A stretch of 64,000 nt of DNA from Candidatus Latescibacterota bacterium. Lineage in GTDB: Bacteria; Latescibacterota; UBA2968; GCA-2709665. The notes under the pieces are model-generated. The model made no database searches and was not told the DNA's origin. It saw nothing but the letters and a program-made list of their open reading frames with translations. Location: the NCBI GenBank assembly GCA_965222075.1, contig OZ244937.1, positions 1,664,001 to 1,728,000 on the forward strand. The letters run 5' to 3'. The position numbers were made by a program, and so were the translations under genes. This document shows positions 9,101 through 19,520 of this stretch, in pieces (position 1 is the stretch's first letter; each line of letters opens with the position of its first letter).

Positions 9101-12100
9101 TTGCCCTGGGGAGGCTAAGGAGGCGTTGGAAAAGGATCTGCCTACGGAGTTTCAATCCTTGTTCTGGTGGAAGTATTGCCCTGGGGAAAAACGGTTGTCA
9201 CCCTGCCAGGTGATCAATGGTTGTTTCAATCCTTGTTCTGGTGGAAGTATTGCCCTGGGCGCTTTCGGGTCGAACAACGCCCTGGTCAAGCCCGTGTTTC
9301 AATCCTTGTTCTGGTGGAAGTATTGCCCTGGGTAGTCGAACTCGGCTTCGGACAGCAAGTTGAGATGAGGTTTCAATCCTTGTTCTGGTGGAAGTATTGC
9401 CCTGGGTAGTCGAACTCGGCTTCGGACAGCAAGTTGAGATGAGGTTTCAATCCTTGTTCTGGTGGAAGTATTGCCCTGGGTTTGTTCCTTTATGGTATTA
9501 TTTGACTATGGAAACAGTTTCAATCCTTGTTCTGGTGGAAGTATTGCCCTGGGTCTGTGAAACTGGGCTTTGAGGCCCGGCAGGATAAGAGTTTCAATCC
9601 TTGTTCTGGTGGAAGTATTGCCCTGGGCGGCATCGTAGGTATTGGAGTAATCCCATCCAAAAGGTTTCAATCCTTGTTCTGGTGGAAGTATTGCCCTGGG
9701 CAGGTTAAAGGGCACGATCAAGGACGCCCTGGAGAAGCAGTTTCAATCCTTGTTCTGGTGGAAGTATTGCCCTGGGCCTCCGCGATAGGGTCGACGCTGA
9801 GGTGGAGATCTTGATGTTTCAATCCTTGTTCTGGTGGAAGTATTGCCCTGGGACCAGGCCGTAGCCTGCCCGCCGTGCCTCGGAGTCGGGTTTCAATCCT
9901 TGTTCTGGTGGAAGTATTGCCCTGGGCCACCGGTCAACCGTGTCTCTACGCTGCGGCCCACAAAGTTTCAATCCTTGTTCTGGTGGAAGTATTGCCCTGG
10001 GTCGCCACCTCCTGCGGTTGTGCGCCAGTCACCCCAGAGTTTCAATCCTTGTTCTGGTGGAAGTATTGCCCTGGGAACAATGGCCTCCGGCGAGGTCTCC
10101 CACTCGCTAACGTTTCAATCCTTGTTCTGGTGGAAGTATTGCCCTGGGTCGCCCGATTGCGACGCAGCGAAAAACCGCCCGACCTTGGTAAGGGGATTAC
10201 GTTTCAATCCTTGTTCTGGTGGAAGTATTGCCCTGGGAAGAGGCCACGCGGGCCCAGGCCAGCGCAGCGATAAAGTTTCAATCCTTGTTCTGGTGGAAGT
10301 ATTGCCCTGGGGCCAATGCAGCACAGATGATTGCGAAAGCTAAAACATCCATGTTTCAATCCTTGTTCTGGTGGAAGTATTGCCCTGGGGAACTTATTTG
10401 CTTGTTTCTGGTCTATTATTCAGCGTGTTTCAATCCTTGTTCTGGTGGAAGTATTGCCCTGGGGGGGCCCCAGGCCCGCCGTCCCTCACCCTTTTCTCAG
10501 TTTCAATCCTTGTTCTGGTGGAAGTATTGCCCTGGGGTACATACCCATCTTCTACATTGGACGCCCGATCTCTGTTTCAATCCTTGTTCTGGTGGAAGTA
10601 TTGCCCTGGGGTACATACCCATCTTCTACATTGGACGCCCGATCTCTGTTTCAATCCTTGTTCTGGTGGAAGTATTGCCCTGGGTCATTGGCAGGATCGA
10701 CCTCATCCTTGCCTATGAGAGGTTTCAATCCTTGTTCTGGTGGAAGTATTGCCCTGGGCATCGCCTGCCTTCAGCTCAAATTGGACGGGGCCTTGAAGTT
10801 TCAATCCTTGTTCTGGTGGAAGTATTGCCCTGGGTTCTTTCCATCCCCACTCTCTCAGAGGATAGCGCTGGAGTTTCAATCCTTGTTCTGGTGGAAGTAT
10901 TGCCCTGGGACCAGTGAGGGAAGTTTCCCATCTCCGCTTACCAGTAGTTTCAATCCTTGTTCTGGTGGAAGTATTGCCCTGGGCCCCCTTATGCTGGAGT
11001 GATGGGATGCGTGATATAACGTTTCAATCCTTGTTCTGGTGGAAGTATTGCCCTGGGCCCCAGTCGCCCGGGGCGCATTTTCGTTGCCTTAGCTAATGTT
11101 TCAATCCTTGTTCTGGTGGAAGTATTGCCCTGGGCGCCACATTCGCATATATATTCACAATCACACATCATAGTTTCAATCCTTGTTCTGGTGGAAGTAT
11201 TGCCCTGGGATCGGAAATCGAGCAGAATATCATATCGTGGATGGACGAGTTTCAATCCTTGTTCTGGTGGAAGTATTGCCCTGGGAACGGTTGACGCGAG
11301 GTGGCACGTTCGCACAGTGGCGGGTTTCAATCCTTGTTCTGGTGGAAGTATTGCCCTGGGTGCCTGGCGAGAGGCTTGATGCGATAGGCATGGAGTTGTT
11401 TCAATCCTTGTTCTGGTGGAAGTATTGCCCTGGGTCTTTGTTGAAATCTCCGGCAGGCCTTATGTTCTCCAGTTTCAATCCTTGTTCTGGTGGAAGTATT
11501 GCCCTGGGCGCAGAGTAACAGGCCGCAGGCGATCAAGCTCCACGAGTTTCAATCCTTGTTCTGGTGGAAGTATTGCCCTGGGAGCTTAAGGCCGGCCAAG
11601 CATGGGGGCCGAAATATCAGTGTTTCAATCCTTGTTCTGGTGGAAGTATTGCCCTGGGCGCAGGGCAGGCAGTGAGCGCGCCCGGGCGCTGGGGTTTCAA
11701 TCCTTGTTCTGGTGGAAGTATTGCCCTGGGACCTGCGGCAGGCCTTTCTAGGGGACGCCGATGTATAAGTTTCAATCCTTGTTCTGGTGGAAGTATTGCC
11801 CTGGGCACCAGGTCCGGGTGATTATACTGCGTTCCATTTGGTTTCAATCCTTGTTCTGGTGGAAGTATTGCCCTGGGCGCTTCAAATCAACATCGACGGT
11901 CTCTGCATCAGGGACGTTTCAATCCTTGTTCTGGTGGAAGTATTGCCCTGGGCTTGTCACTGTAATCCGCGCCGATCATCTCCCATTCGTGTTTCAATCC
12001 TTGTTCTGGTGGAAGTATTGCCCTGGGGCAGACGAATCCGAGCTACAAGGACATAGCGGAAGATGGTTTCAATCCTTGTTCTGGTGGAAGTATTGCCCTG

Positions 12101-12695
12101 GGCCGGGGGGGCTCTCCTCCCCGGCTTCGTCGTCCGGGTTTCAATCCTTGTTCTGGTGGAAGTATTGCCCTGGGAAAGAGAGGGACGAAGCACAAGGCCA
12201 GCTAAATATTTGTTTCAATCCTTGTTCTGGTGGAAGTATTGCCCTGGGCTTGATCCAGAACTGGGCAGGTGTTCCCGGACGGTAGAGTTTCAATCCTTGT
12301 TCTGGTGGAAGTATTGCCCTGGGAATATGCCGTCGGCGCTTGGAGGTACCACCAATATTTGTTTCAATCCTTGTTCTGGTGGAAGTATTGCCCTGGGCGT
12401 TTATCCCTTTCGTATCCGTACACAGTACCCCCGAATGTTTCAATCCTTGTTCTGGTGGAAGTATTGCCCTGGGCAGGCCAATACTTTCCAGGCCGGGGAG
12501 ATGAGTAAGGTTTCAATCCTTGTTCTGGTGGAAGTATTGCCCTGGGGGTCGGGCCGGTGTTCCATGTCGAGCACGGTACCGCGTTTCAATCCTTGTTCTG
12601 GTGGAAGTATTGCCCTGGGCCGCCTCCAGTTCATTTTGTTTCTCACGCCTGGCATCATGTTTCAATCCTTGTTCTGGTGGAAGTATTGCCCTGGG
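6139..12695 (-). CRISPR. CRISPR array with a 37-bp repeat (transcribed strand CCCAGGGCAATACTTCCACCAGAACAAGGATTGAAAC); about 86 intact repeats plus one degenerate terminal repeat; spacers 34-52 bp
   Basis: Repeats counted by eye from 6286 to 12659. The degenerate repeat at 6139 marks the trailer. The ATTGAAAC end and AT-rich leader next to cas4 give the minus orientation. Confidence 0.99.
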
Positions 12696-12867
12696 TCCAT
12701 TTTATGTATATCGTTTGAAATTGCAACGGGTTATATGAATCGCCTGCGGCTCAAAATCTCGATTTGACCACCCTTTTTTTCTCCGAAAAGCAGACATTAT
12801 GCTCCTCCTTTGCAGAATAGAATGTTCCCAACATCTTGATTTTCAATAGATTGCATCCATATTGTTG
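12696..12867 (-). promoter_or_regulatory. CRISPR leader
   Basis: AT-rich non-coding segment between the cas4 stop and the first intact repeat. Confidence 0.8.
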
Positions 12868-13464
12868 TTAGACGCAGATATTTTTGTAGCAACAGTCACC
12901 ACATTTGGCGCGGTGAGGTGTTTTTTTTGGCAGTCGCCCAGTTTGAATGATGTCAAGAATTTCAGCTACAATTTTCTTTGCGATGCTCTCTTCAGCCTCT
13001 CCGATAGGGACTTCTACCAGATGGCTACCGCCTCGAATGTAGGCAACATATCCCCGGGTCACGCGCTTTTGATAGGCTTCGCGGGTCAAGAGGCCATAGA
13101 GTGTAATTTGGATGCGATGGGTTTTGAAAGCATGTTCTCGGTAGGGTGAGTATTTGTAATCTAAAGGTGCGAAGGTCCCATCTCGCAATGTCAAAACTTC
13201 GTCCACAACCCCGCGCACACCAAGTTCGGGCGATGCCAGATACACATTGAGATCTCGATTGACAACGCCGATTTTCTTGCGCAAGTAAAATCGGTTTTCT
13301 TTTTCTCGGCGTTTGTGGACTTCTCGTCCTTTGAGCACCTTGAAACGACGGTCTTCAAACTGCGGGATGTTGAGCACGTTCATGTAGTATGTGAAACGCG
13401 GACAGTATACATGCTCAATCACCTCTGACGGCGTGATCATGATTGTTGTTTCAGTATCGCTCAC
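12868..13464 (-). CDS. cas4: CRISPR-associated exonuclease Cas4
   Basis: YCPR, GVVDEV..PLDYK, C-terminal CGDCCYKNIC Fe-S cysteines. Confidence 0.95.
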   Translation of the reverse strand: MSDTETTIMITPSEVIEHVYCPRFTYYMNVLNIPQFEDRRFKVLKGREVHKRREKENRFYLRKKIGVVNRDLNVYLASPELGVRGVVDEVLTLRDGTFAPLDYKYSPYREHAFKTHRIQITLYGLLTREAYQKRVTRGYVAYIRGGSHLVEVPIGEAEESIAKKIVAEILDIIQTGRLPKKTPHRAKCGDCCYKNICV

Positions 13465-13766
13465 AAGAACAAACTCCTCACATCGTCGGTGACGAGTTTG
13501 GGGTCAAAGGCCTGACCTTGAAGGATGACTTTGCGAAAGTCCATAGCACACATGGGAAAAATGTAAACGCGATCGCTTTCAAGATCAATGTGGTCTTCAA
13601 TGCGCATCGAAAGTTCATCGAGGCGGTTGTGTTTGACTGTGCCGAGGAAGACGGATTTTTGAATGCGGTAGAGGCCCGCTTCTTGACAGGCTTTGACAAC
13701 GCGACGACGGCTTTTGTTGTCGGAGATGTCGTAAAGGACCCAGGTGAGAGATTCATCGGATTTCAT
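13461..13766 (-). CDS. cas2: CRISPR-associated Cas2
   Basis: WVLYDISD..R, RIQKSVFLG, DRVYIFPMC. Confidence 0.95.
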   Translation of the reverse strand: MKSDESLTWVLYDISDNKSRRRVVKACQEAGLYRIQKSVFLGTVKHNRLDELSMRIEDHIDLESDRVYIFPMCAMDFRKVILQGQAFDPKLVTDDVRSLFL

Positions 13767-14761
13767 GGGACAGTTTCCTCTGTGTTCGGATCTTTTGCAA
13801 GCAGATCATTGGCGATGCGGTGCAGGTCAAACTGGATGCTGTCTCGCCGCGTGATATTGCGGCCCCGGTAGCGGATAGCCTCGTCGAGACACGCCGTGAA
13901 TGCTTCGATGAGCACCGCTTTGCCCTGTTTGTTCAGGGTGAAGCCATTTTTTAAGCTGTCGAACAGATCTTGTTTGATTTTTCGCGCGGAAAAAAGACTG
14001 AGAATTGTTTCGTCGGCCCAGATGCGATATTGTTCGATGAGATCAAAAACAAGGGATGGTTTGTTATAGTGGTCGGTGTGGATAAAGCCAATGTAGGGAT
14101 CGAGCCCTGAGAGCAAACAGGCGCGTTCGACCACGCCATAAAGGATGCCATAGGCGTAATTGAGCAGGCAGTTGAACGGATCTTTGGCCGGATTGCGGCT
14201 ACGACCTTTAAACCGATAGTGAGTCGGTAAAAGCAGAGATACAGCAGCCCAATAGGTGCGCCCGGCGCGACCTTCCAGACCGAGCAAACTCTGGCGCGTG
14301 GTATCGATATTCCCTGTGAGGTCCTGCATTTGCTCTTTGAGGGTTTTGAGACTGCCAATGGCTTCGGTAAGCTGCGCTGAAAGCCGCGTACGACGGTCGC
14401 GCATTCGCGTGAGCAATGCAATCTGATTGTCAAATTTGCGCCCGACCCAGCCAAGGGCGAGTTGCATGCCGAGGTCGGTTTGTGCAGCCACAAGTTGCAA
14501 CCGGCGAATGGCAGTTGTGGAACCCGGGCGTCCGTGCCACACACGGCCAAACGGATCGCCGTACTTATCGAGAAAGAGGATGTCGATGTTCTTTTCCACA
14601 GCAAGTTGCACTGCATCGGACGAAAACGCCGCGCCCGTTGAAATGAGAATGGAACGCACTTTGCGAGCGGAAATTTCAGTCGATTGCCCATTCACCTTGA
14701 CCAGAAACAATTCCCCACGCCGACTCAAATACGCGCCATAGGTGTTGAGTACGAGTTGCAC
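13763..14761 (-). CDS. cas1: CRISPR-associated integrase Cas1
   Basis: LGLEGRAGRTYW, DPFNCLLNYAYGIL, GLDPYIGFIH, SLVFDLIEQYR. Confidence 0.97.
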   Translation of the reverse strand: MQLVLNTYGAYLSRRGELFLVKVNGQSTEISARKVRSILISTGAAFSSDAVQLAVEKNIDILFLDKYGDPFGRVWHGRPGSTTAIRRLQLVAAQTDLGMQLALGWVGRKFDNQIALLTRMRDRRTRLSAQLTEAIGSLKTLKEQMQDLTGNIDTTRQSLLGLEGRAGRTYWAAVSLLLPTHYRFKGRSRNPAKDPFNCLLNYAYGILYGVVERACLLSGLDPYIGFIHTDHYNKPSLVFDLIEQYRIWADETILSLFSARKIKQDLFDSLKNGFTLNKQGKAVLIEAFTACLDEAIRYRGRNITRRDSIQFDLHRIANDLLAKDPNTEETVP

Positions 14762-14775
14762 AATTGTCCCTCTGT

Positions 14776-15441
14776 TTAAATTTCACGCATCAAACCGAAG
14801 CCGTTAGATGTTAGTTTACCGATGCCAATACCAGTAGGGAGAATCATATTGGAAACAAAGGATACTTTTACACCCTTAAAAACGACACCGTGATGTTTTA
14901 ACGATAGAAGTGAGAAGTTAAGCACGTGAGTCATTAGACGTTCTTGGAGATAAACGCCAACCCCTTTACATAATGAGAGATAGTTTCCATTAAGAATTTT
15001 CTCAAAAAGCTTTCTCCGATTTTCAACGTTCGACTCTTCTTGAAATATTGCATGATTCTTTTCATTAAGCGCCAGCCAAGGTGTAATTGAGCGATAACCG
15101 ATCAGATTGTATGATAGTCCGATAGCTACTATTTCGTCTTCCAGTTCTGCGCCCATAATCTGATACTGAATGCCTCCAACTCTGAGTGTATGACCCTGGT
15201 TGTAAATTTCTTGCAGAACTTGAAGGCCGTCATCGAAGGAAATGAGTTGGGGGAAGTTATTCAAGACGATATAGCGAACTCTGGGAGAACGATAGTCAAA
15301 TTGATCCCCCTTATGGTTGTGTAATACTGGCCGATTTGGAAACGCACCTGTTATAGCTTTTCGAAGTTCCGATCCTCGATGTTTAAACGGGCGGTCGGTG
15401 TAGATTTTTAATCGTCGAATATGTATCACATTTTCTGACAT
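14776..15441 (-). CDS. cas6: CRISPR endoribonuclease Cas6 (Cas6b-like)
   Basis: C-terminal G-loop GIGIGKLTSNGFG; LHNH and TPWLALN motifs; start taken at MSENVIH just after the cas3 stop. Confidence 0.85.
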   Translation of the reverse strand: MSENVIHIRRLKIYTDRPFKHRGSELRKAITGAFPNRPVLHNHKGDQFDYRSPRVRYIVLNNFPQLISFDDGLQVLQEIYNQGHTLRVGGIQYQIMGAELEDEIVAIGLSYNLIGYRSITPWLALNEKNHAIFQEESNVENRRKLFEKILNGNYLSLCKGVGVYLQERLMTHVLNFSLLSLKHHGVVFKGVKVSFVSNMILPTGIGIGKLTSNGFGLMREI

Positions 15442-15442
15442 C

Positions 15443-17824
15443 TCAATTTCCAATGATGAGCACTCCTGAATTATACGGATCTTCTTCCGCTTTATACCCA
15501 AACCTCTTATCATATCCGAGCTTGGCATCCAACATACACAGTTCGTCAACAACATCTCTTGCATACACTTGTACAATTCGCTCCATCAAAGCAGCACGGA
15601 TTTTATAGAATTCCTTTCTGCGTTTTACTGGATTCACGATTTCTCTGATTCGAAGATATTGATCCCAAATTTCCTGATCATCACTATCTTGGACGATATA
15701 ATAGGATTGTCGGGGTAATTCTTCAATAAGCTGAAAACGATCTTCTACTTCTTTAAATTGTCCACAGGCCAACAGACGATCAATGGGTTCTTCGCTGTTA
15801 TGCGTGCGGTCGTAAACCATTTTGAAATAAGACTCCCCCAAGTCCAAAAACTCAGATTCAGCGACTTCCTCAAATTGGTTCAAAAGCTCTTGCGTTGCCC
15901 CTATCAATACTGGACTATAAATCCGCGTGAACGTTATCTCTTTCTCATCTGTTAAAGACCAGACCCTTACAATCCCTCCATCACCGTCTCCATGCCGATT
16001 ACAACGACCCGATGTTTGAATAATAGCATCTAGCGGTGCAAGATCTCTTTCAATCCGATCTACACTCAGATCAACGCCAGCTTCTATCAATTGTGTCGTA
16101 ATGACCAAAACGGGCTGATCCGCATCCAGTGACTTGCTAATGTCTTCAATCCGAGCGTTACGATCTTTAGGCGTTAGAAGTGCTGAAAGTGGGCAGATAA
16201 GAAATTCTTCTATGTTTACCTTTTTTTCAAATATTTCTGTTAGCTCACCTACGAGCCTTCGATAGTTGACCACAATCATGCGGCTGCATTTTGGATTTTG
16301 ATGAATTTCTTCGACAATCTCACTGACAAAACACTCAAGAGACGTATTTTCTTTTGCACGATTTACAAGATGCATACGCGATAGTTTTTGGTAATATTCT
16401 GGATGATTGGACAACAACTCCCTGGACATATCGGGCAAAAAAATCAACGGTTTTGTGGCTGTCATCAGTATGAAACGCGTTTCAAAACACCGGCTCATCA
16501 CTTTGAATATATTACGAATAGCTTGCCAGTATTTCGGAGGAATCGCCTGTACCTCATCGAGAATGACAATGGCTCTACGCAGCGTTGGCAAGCGTTTGAG
16601 ATTTCGATTTCTACCTGTGAAAATCGTATGGAGAAATTGATAAAATGTGGTTACTACAATTTCTGATTGCCACGTCTCAACAAAAAGTTCGGACCCATCA
16701 TGATCAAACTCCGAGTCTGAAGAGCAGTATTTCATATCTGTGAGATGGTGATGTTTCAAGAGCAAGTCCGTTGTTTCAGACAGTCCTCCGAGTTCTAATA
16801 CTTTTCGATAAACATCGTGGTTTTGATCAATAATTGCGGTAAAAGGCAAACAATAGATGATCCGCGGGTTTTCTTGATATACTTCTCGCAACTCATGACG
16901 TAAATGAAGTGCTGCATCCAAAGCGGTCAAGGTTTTTCCAGACCCAGTCGGTGCTGTGAGTGTGAATAGTTTCTCATCTAAATGAGCAGATAATTCGCGT
17001 AAAACATCATCTCTAACGCGATCTCTTATTTCATCAAGGGGTGATGGTTTCTGATCTTGTTTTAAGTGTATCAGATAGTTGTGTACAAGATCATTGGGCA
17101 GTTCTAAGCGATTAAATTCTGTTTCCCCTGTTGCAGTATGGATTTTATCCATTTGCAAAAGACTGCCAAATCCAAACAAGAAATCTACTGTCCGGTCGAG
17201 TTGCTCAAGACAAATATCCTTTTCATTACTAGTGAAAGCTTTCCTAAGACGAAATTGAGGTATGGCCTCCATAGTTTGTCGAAGAACAGATTCGTTAAGA
17301 TCAGGTACTTCAAAGTGAAGGCCGAACTCAGGCAAAGTCTTTCTTAGCCATCGTGTAATGCCTGAGAGATCCATGCTGTCAATTTGGCGAGCAAATGTCC
17401 CTTGTGGCCCCTGGTCGTCCCGAAGATGGCCTTTGGCTTCGACAAAATAATCGGACCACGACTTTTGTAGATTACCATGGTGTCTCATAACAGAGGTAAT
17501 CACCGAAAGCTGGAATTGATACGCGGTCTTCTGATTTGGTGCTTGAACGCTCTGACTGATCAGCCAACCAATAATCGCAGAAACAAATGAGTGGTTGGAC
17601 AGTTCAGATCTTTCTCCTTTACAACCCGGCTGGACGCGCTCCTGAAACCAAAAGGTCGCTTTGCCCAAATCATGGACGAGTGCAGCCAGCAGTGCAGCTT
17701 GCGCTGGCAAAGGCCGACTGTCCCCCCACAATTGGTTTACACCTCTGGCGACTTCTTTAAGATGAGCTTGCAAAAAATCGTCTGGAGGATGCGCCAAGCA
17801 TTCAGAAAAAGAGTATGTGGTCAT
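15443..17824 (-). CDS. cas3: Cas3 HD nuclease-helicase
   Basis: HDLGKA, APTGSGKT, ILDEVQ, MTAT, TQLIEAGVD, QTSGRCNR. Confidence 0.97.
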   Translation of the reverse strand: MTTYSFSECLAHPPDDFLQAHLKEVARGVNQLWGDSRPLPAQAALLAALVHDLGKATFWFQERVQPGCKGERSELSNHSFVSAIIGWLISQSVQAPNQKTAYQFQLSVITSVMRHHGNLQKSWSDYFVEAKGHLRDDQGPQGTFARQIDSMDLSGITRWLRKTLPEFGLHFEVPDLNESVLRQTMEAIPQFRLRKAFTSNEKDICLEQLDRTVDFLFGFGSLLQMDKIHTATGETEFNRLELPNDLVHNYLIHLKQDQKPSPLDEIRDRVRDDVLRELSAHLDEKLFTLTAPTGSGKTLTALDAALHLRHELREVYQENPRIIYCLPFTAIIDQNHDVYRKVLELGGLSETTDLLLKHHHLTDMKYCSSDSEFDHDGSELFVETWQSEIVVTTFYQFLHTIFTGRNRNLKRLPTLRRAIVILDEVQAIPPKYWQAIRNIFKVMSRCFETRFILMTATKPLIFLPDMSRELLSNHPEYYQKLSRMHLVNRAKENTSLECFVSEIVEEIHQNPKCSRMIVVNYRRLVGELTEIFEKKVNIEEFLICPLSALLTPKDRNARIEDISKSLDADQPVLVITTQLIEAGVDLSVDRIERDLAPLDAIIQTSGRCNRHGDGDGGIVRVWSLTDEKEITFTRIYSPVLIGATQELLNQFEEVAESEFLDLGESYFKMVYDRTHNSEEPIDRLLACGQFKEVEDRFQLIEELPRQSYYIVQDSDDQEIWDQYLRIREIVNPVKRRKEFYKIRAALMERIVQVYARDVVDELCMLDAKLGYDKRFGYKAEEDPYNSGVLIIGN

Positions 17825-18515
17825 CGCCTATCTCGTATGCTTGGTCGGTTTCAACGGTTATTGAACTTCCATCCTCCGCGACAACGACCTCCCGATAATC
17901 TACAACTGTTCTGTCTGGTTGCATTTGCGCCGGTACTCGATATCGGACATAGCGCCTACCCTTTTCGTATCTACAATTTTCTTCGGGATCAGGTACAACT
18001 GAAGCAATGTTATATTCTGTCCTCGAAAGTGGTTGGCCTTCAAATACGCCGACAAAGGCAACATCCGCAATACATTGTGCAAGGCCAAGAGATGGCGTAT
18101 ATACTGTCCTGCCCGCTTGAAGTTGGCTTTCCAGGTTCTGCATTGCTTCATCTATGGCTTCCGCGATATAAATCCGAAAAGCAGGTTCAAGAAGGAATTC
18201 ATAGGGATATTGGCCCCTTGTAGCGCGACTGGTACTGTCCGGCACTAGGCGGAAATATTTATTGCCTTCGTGCGTGAGTACCAGGTTTAACCCTGTTCGA
18301 TATTTGCGTGTTGGTTTGAGTAGACGAACGCCAACGCGTACCTTCTCCCACCCAATTCTCGACAGATACTCTTCTTTTCCATAGCCCAAGATAGCCCCTA
18401 TAAGGCCAAGAACTGTCGGCGGTGGTGGAAAAGGATAAGTTACAGGGGAAACGGGCGCATACGGTTTACGAAAATGCCCATAAGGACCACTCACATCGAA
18501 CACGATTGTATGCAT
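17802..18515 (-). CDS. cas5: Cas5 (type I-B)
   Basis: VFDVSGPYGHFRKP..TYPFPPPPTVLGLIGAILG, YTPSLG. Confidence 0.93.
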   Translation of the reverse strand: MHTIVFDVSGPYGHFRKPYAPVSPVTYPFPPPPTVLGLIGAILGYGKEEYLSRIGWEKVRVGVRLLKPTRKYRTGLNLVLTHEGNKYFRLVPDSTSRATRGQYPYEFLLEPAFRIYIAEAIDEAMQNLESQLQAGRTVYTPSLGLAQCIADVAFVGVFEGQPLSRTEYNIASVVPDPEENCRYEKGRRYVRYRVPAQMQPDRTVVDYREVVVAEDGSSITVETDQAYEIGDDHILFF

Positions 18516-18519
18516 TAGA

Positions 18520-19503
18520 TCACCTGATGTTCAAGGGAGTTGGTTGCAGGTCACGACTTACAGCCAGTGATGTAAAATCGCCTTCTTCGTCCCCATCTCT
18601 AAGTTTAAGGCGAGAATCCTGAACAATCTTCAACCCTACAATATCATCTTTCAATATATCAAGACCATCGAGTAATTGTGCGATATTGACTTCATAGTCA
18701 TCAATCGAACGAATAGCTATATCCTCTTTTTCGCTCTTTAGAGAGATTCGACCGGAGAGGTCGCCTAAGCGTCGGCCATTGGTGTAGCGTAACACCAATA
18801 ACAAAAGGGGTTGATGACCCATCTTGGATCTGCTGATTAGTGATTCAGTCCCTTTCCAGAGTCCTTCTAACAACAACGAGACATCTTCTTCTGATAAATC
18901 AGTTGTTTGCGCTGCAACTTCGTTGACAACACCATACGCAGATATGAGAGCATATGGAAGAATATGGTCTTCACGAAAGGATTTTTGAGTAGAATTCTTC
19001 TTGGATGCAAAGCCTGCTGTACCTTGTATAAGCTGCGAACTTACACGATGCAATGAGCGATTAAATCCTGAAAATTGGACTGGGCCCGTAAGCCGTATAG
19101 ACGACTTTTTTTTGCCAAATTCCACTGGCAGGGTTGCTCCAAAAAGCCTCGCATCAATACAGTGGTCCAAGATGGTATTGCGAACTTTCGAGACCATTGT
19201 TGTAATTTTATCGTCTTCGGTCACACCCGCTTTACCAAGAAAATCATCGCATCGACCTTTTCCATCCTGGAGATACCCATCTTCGTCTTCTGTATCTCTG
19301 ACAAGGATTTCAAGACCTTTGGTTTGAAACAAATAATCTCGCACTGTTCTTTTGATCCTCACGTCGGTTACAGTTGCCACGCCCGTTTCTGGATCGGTAC
19401 GAGGTTTGTTTTCGTCCAGAGGATCACCGTTGGGATTACAGTCTTTTGTTTCATACAGAAACAGAATTTCCATACGGTTTTCGATTGAATTTCGGTCAGC
19501 CAT
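18520..19503 (-). CDS. cas7: Cas7/Csh2 (type I-B)
   Basis: CNPNGDPLDENKPR, VTDVRIKRTVRD, DARLFG, TGPVQF. Confidence 0.95.
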   Translation of the reverse strand: MADRNSIENRMEILFLYETKDCNPNGDPLDENKPRTDPETGVATVTDVRIKRTVRDYLFQTKGLEILVRDTEDEDGYLQDGKGRCDDFLGKAGVTEDDKITTMVSKVRNTILDHCIDARLFGATLPVEFGKKKSSIRLTGPVQFSGFNRSLHRVSSQLIQGTAGFASKKNSTQKSFREDHILPYALISAYGVVNEVAAQTTDLSEEDVSLLLEGLWKGTESLISRSKMGHQPLLLLVLRYTNGRRLGDLSGRISLKSEKEDIAIRSIDDYEVNIAQLLDGLDILKDDIVGLKIVQDSRLKLRDGDEEGDFTSLAVSRDLQPTPLNIR

Positions 19504-19520
19504 TTTACATGTCTCCTTCT

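Noticed and set aside
6323-12658. Self-targeting spacers within the window
   Set aside because: None noticed by eye, but an exhaustive alignment could not be run; unresolved rather than excluded
6213-12767. Many ORFs with repeating FQSLFWWKYCPG / VSILVLVEVLPW / FNPCSGGSIALG peptides
   Set aside because: These are translations of the CRISPR repeat in different frames, not proteins
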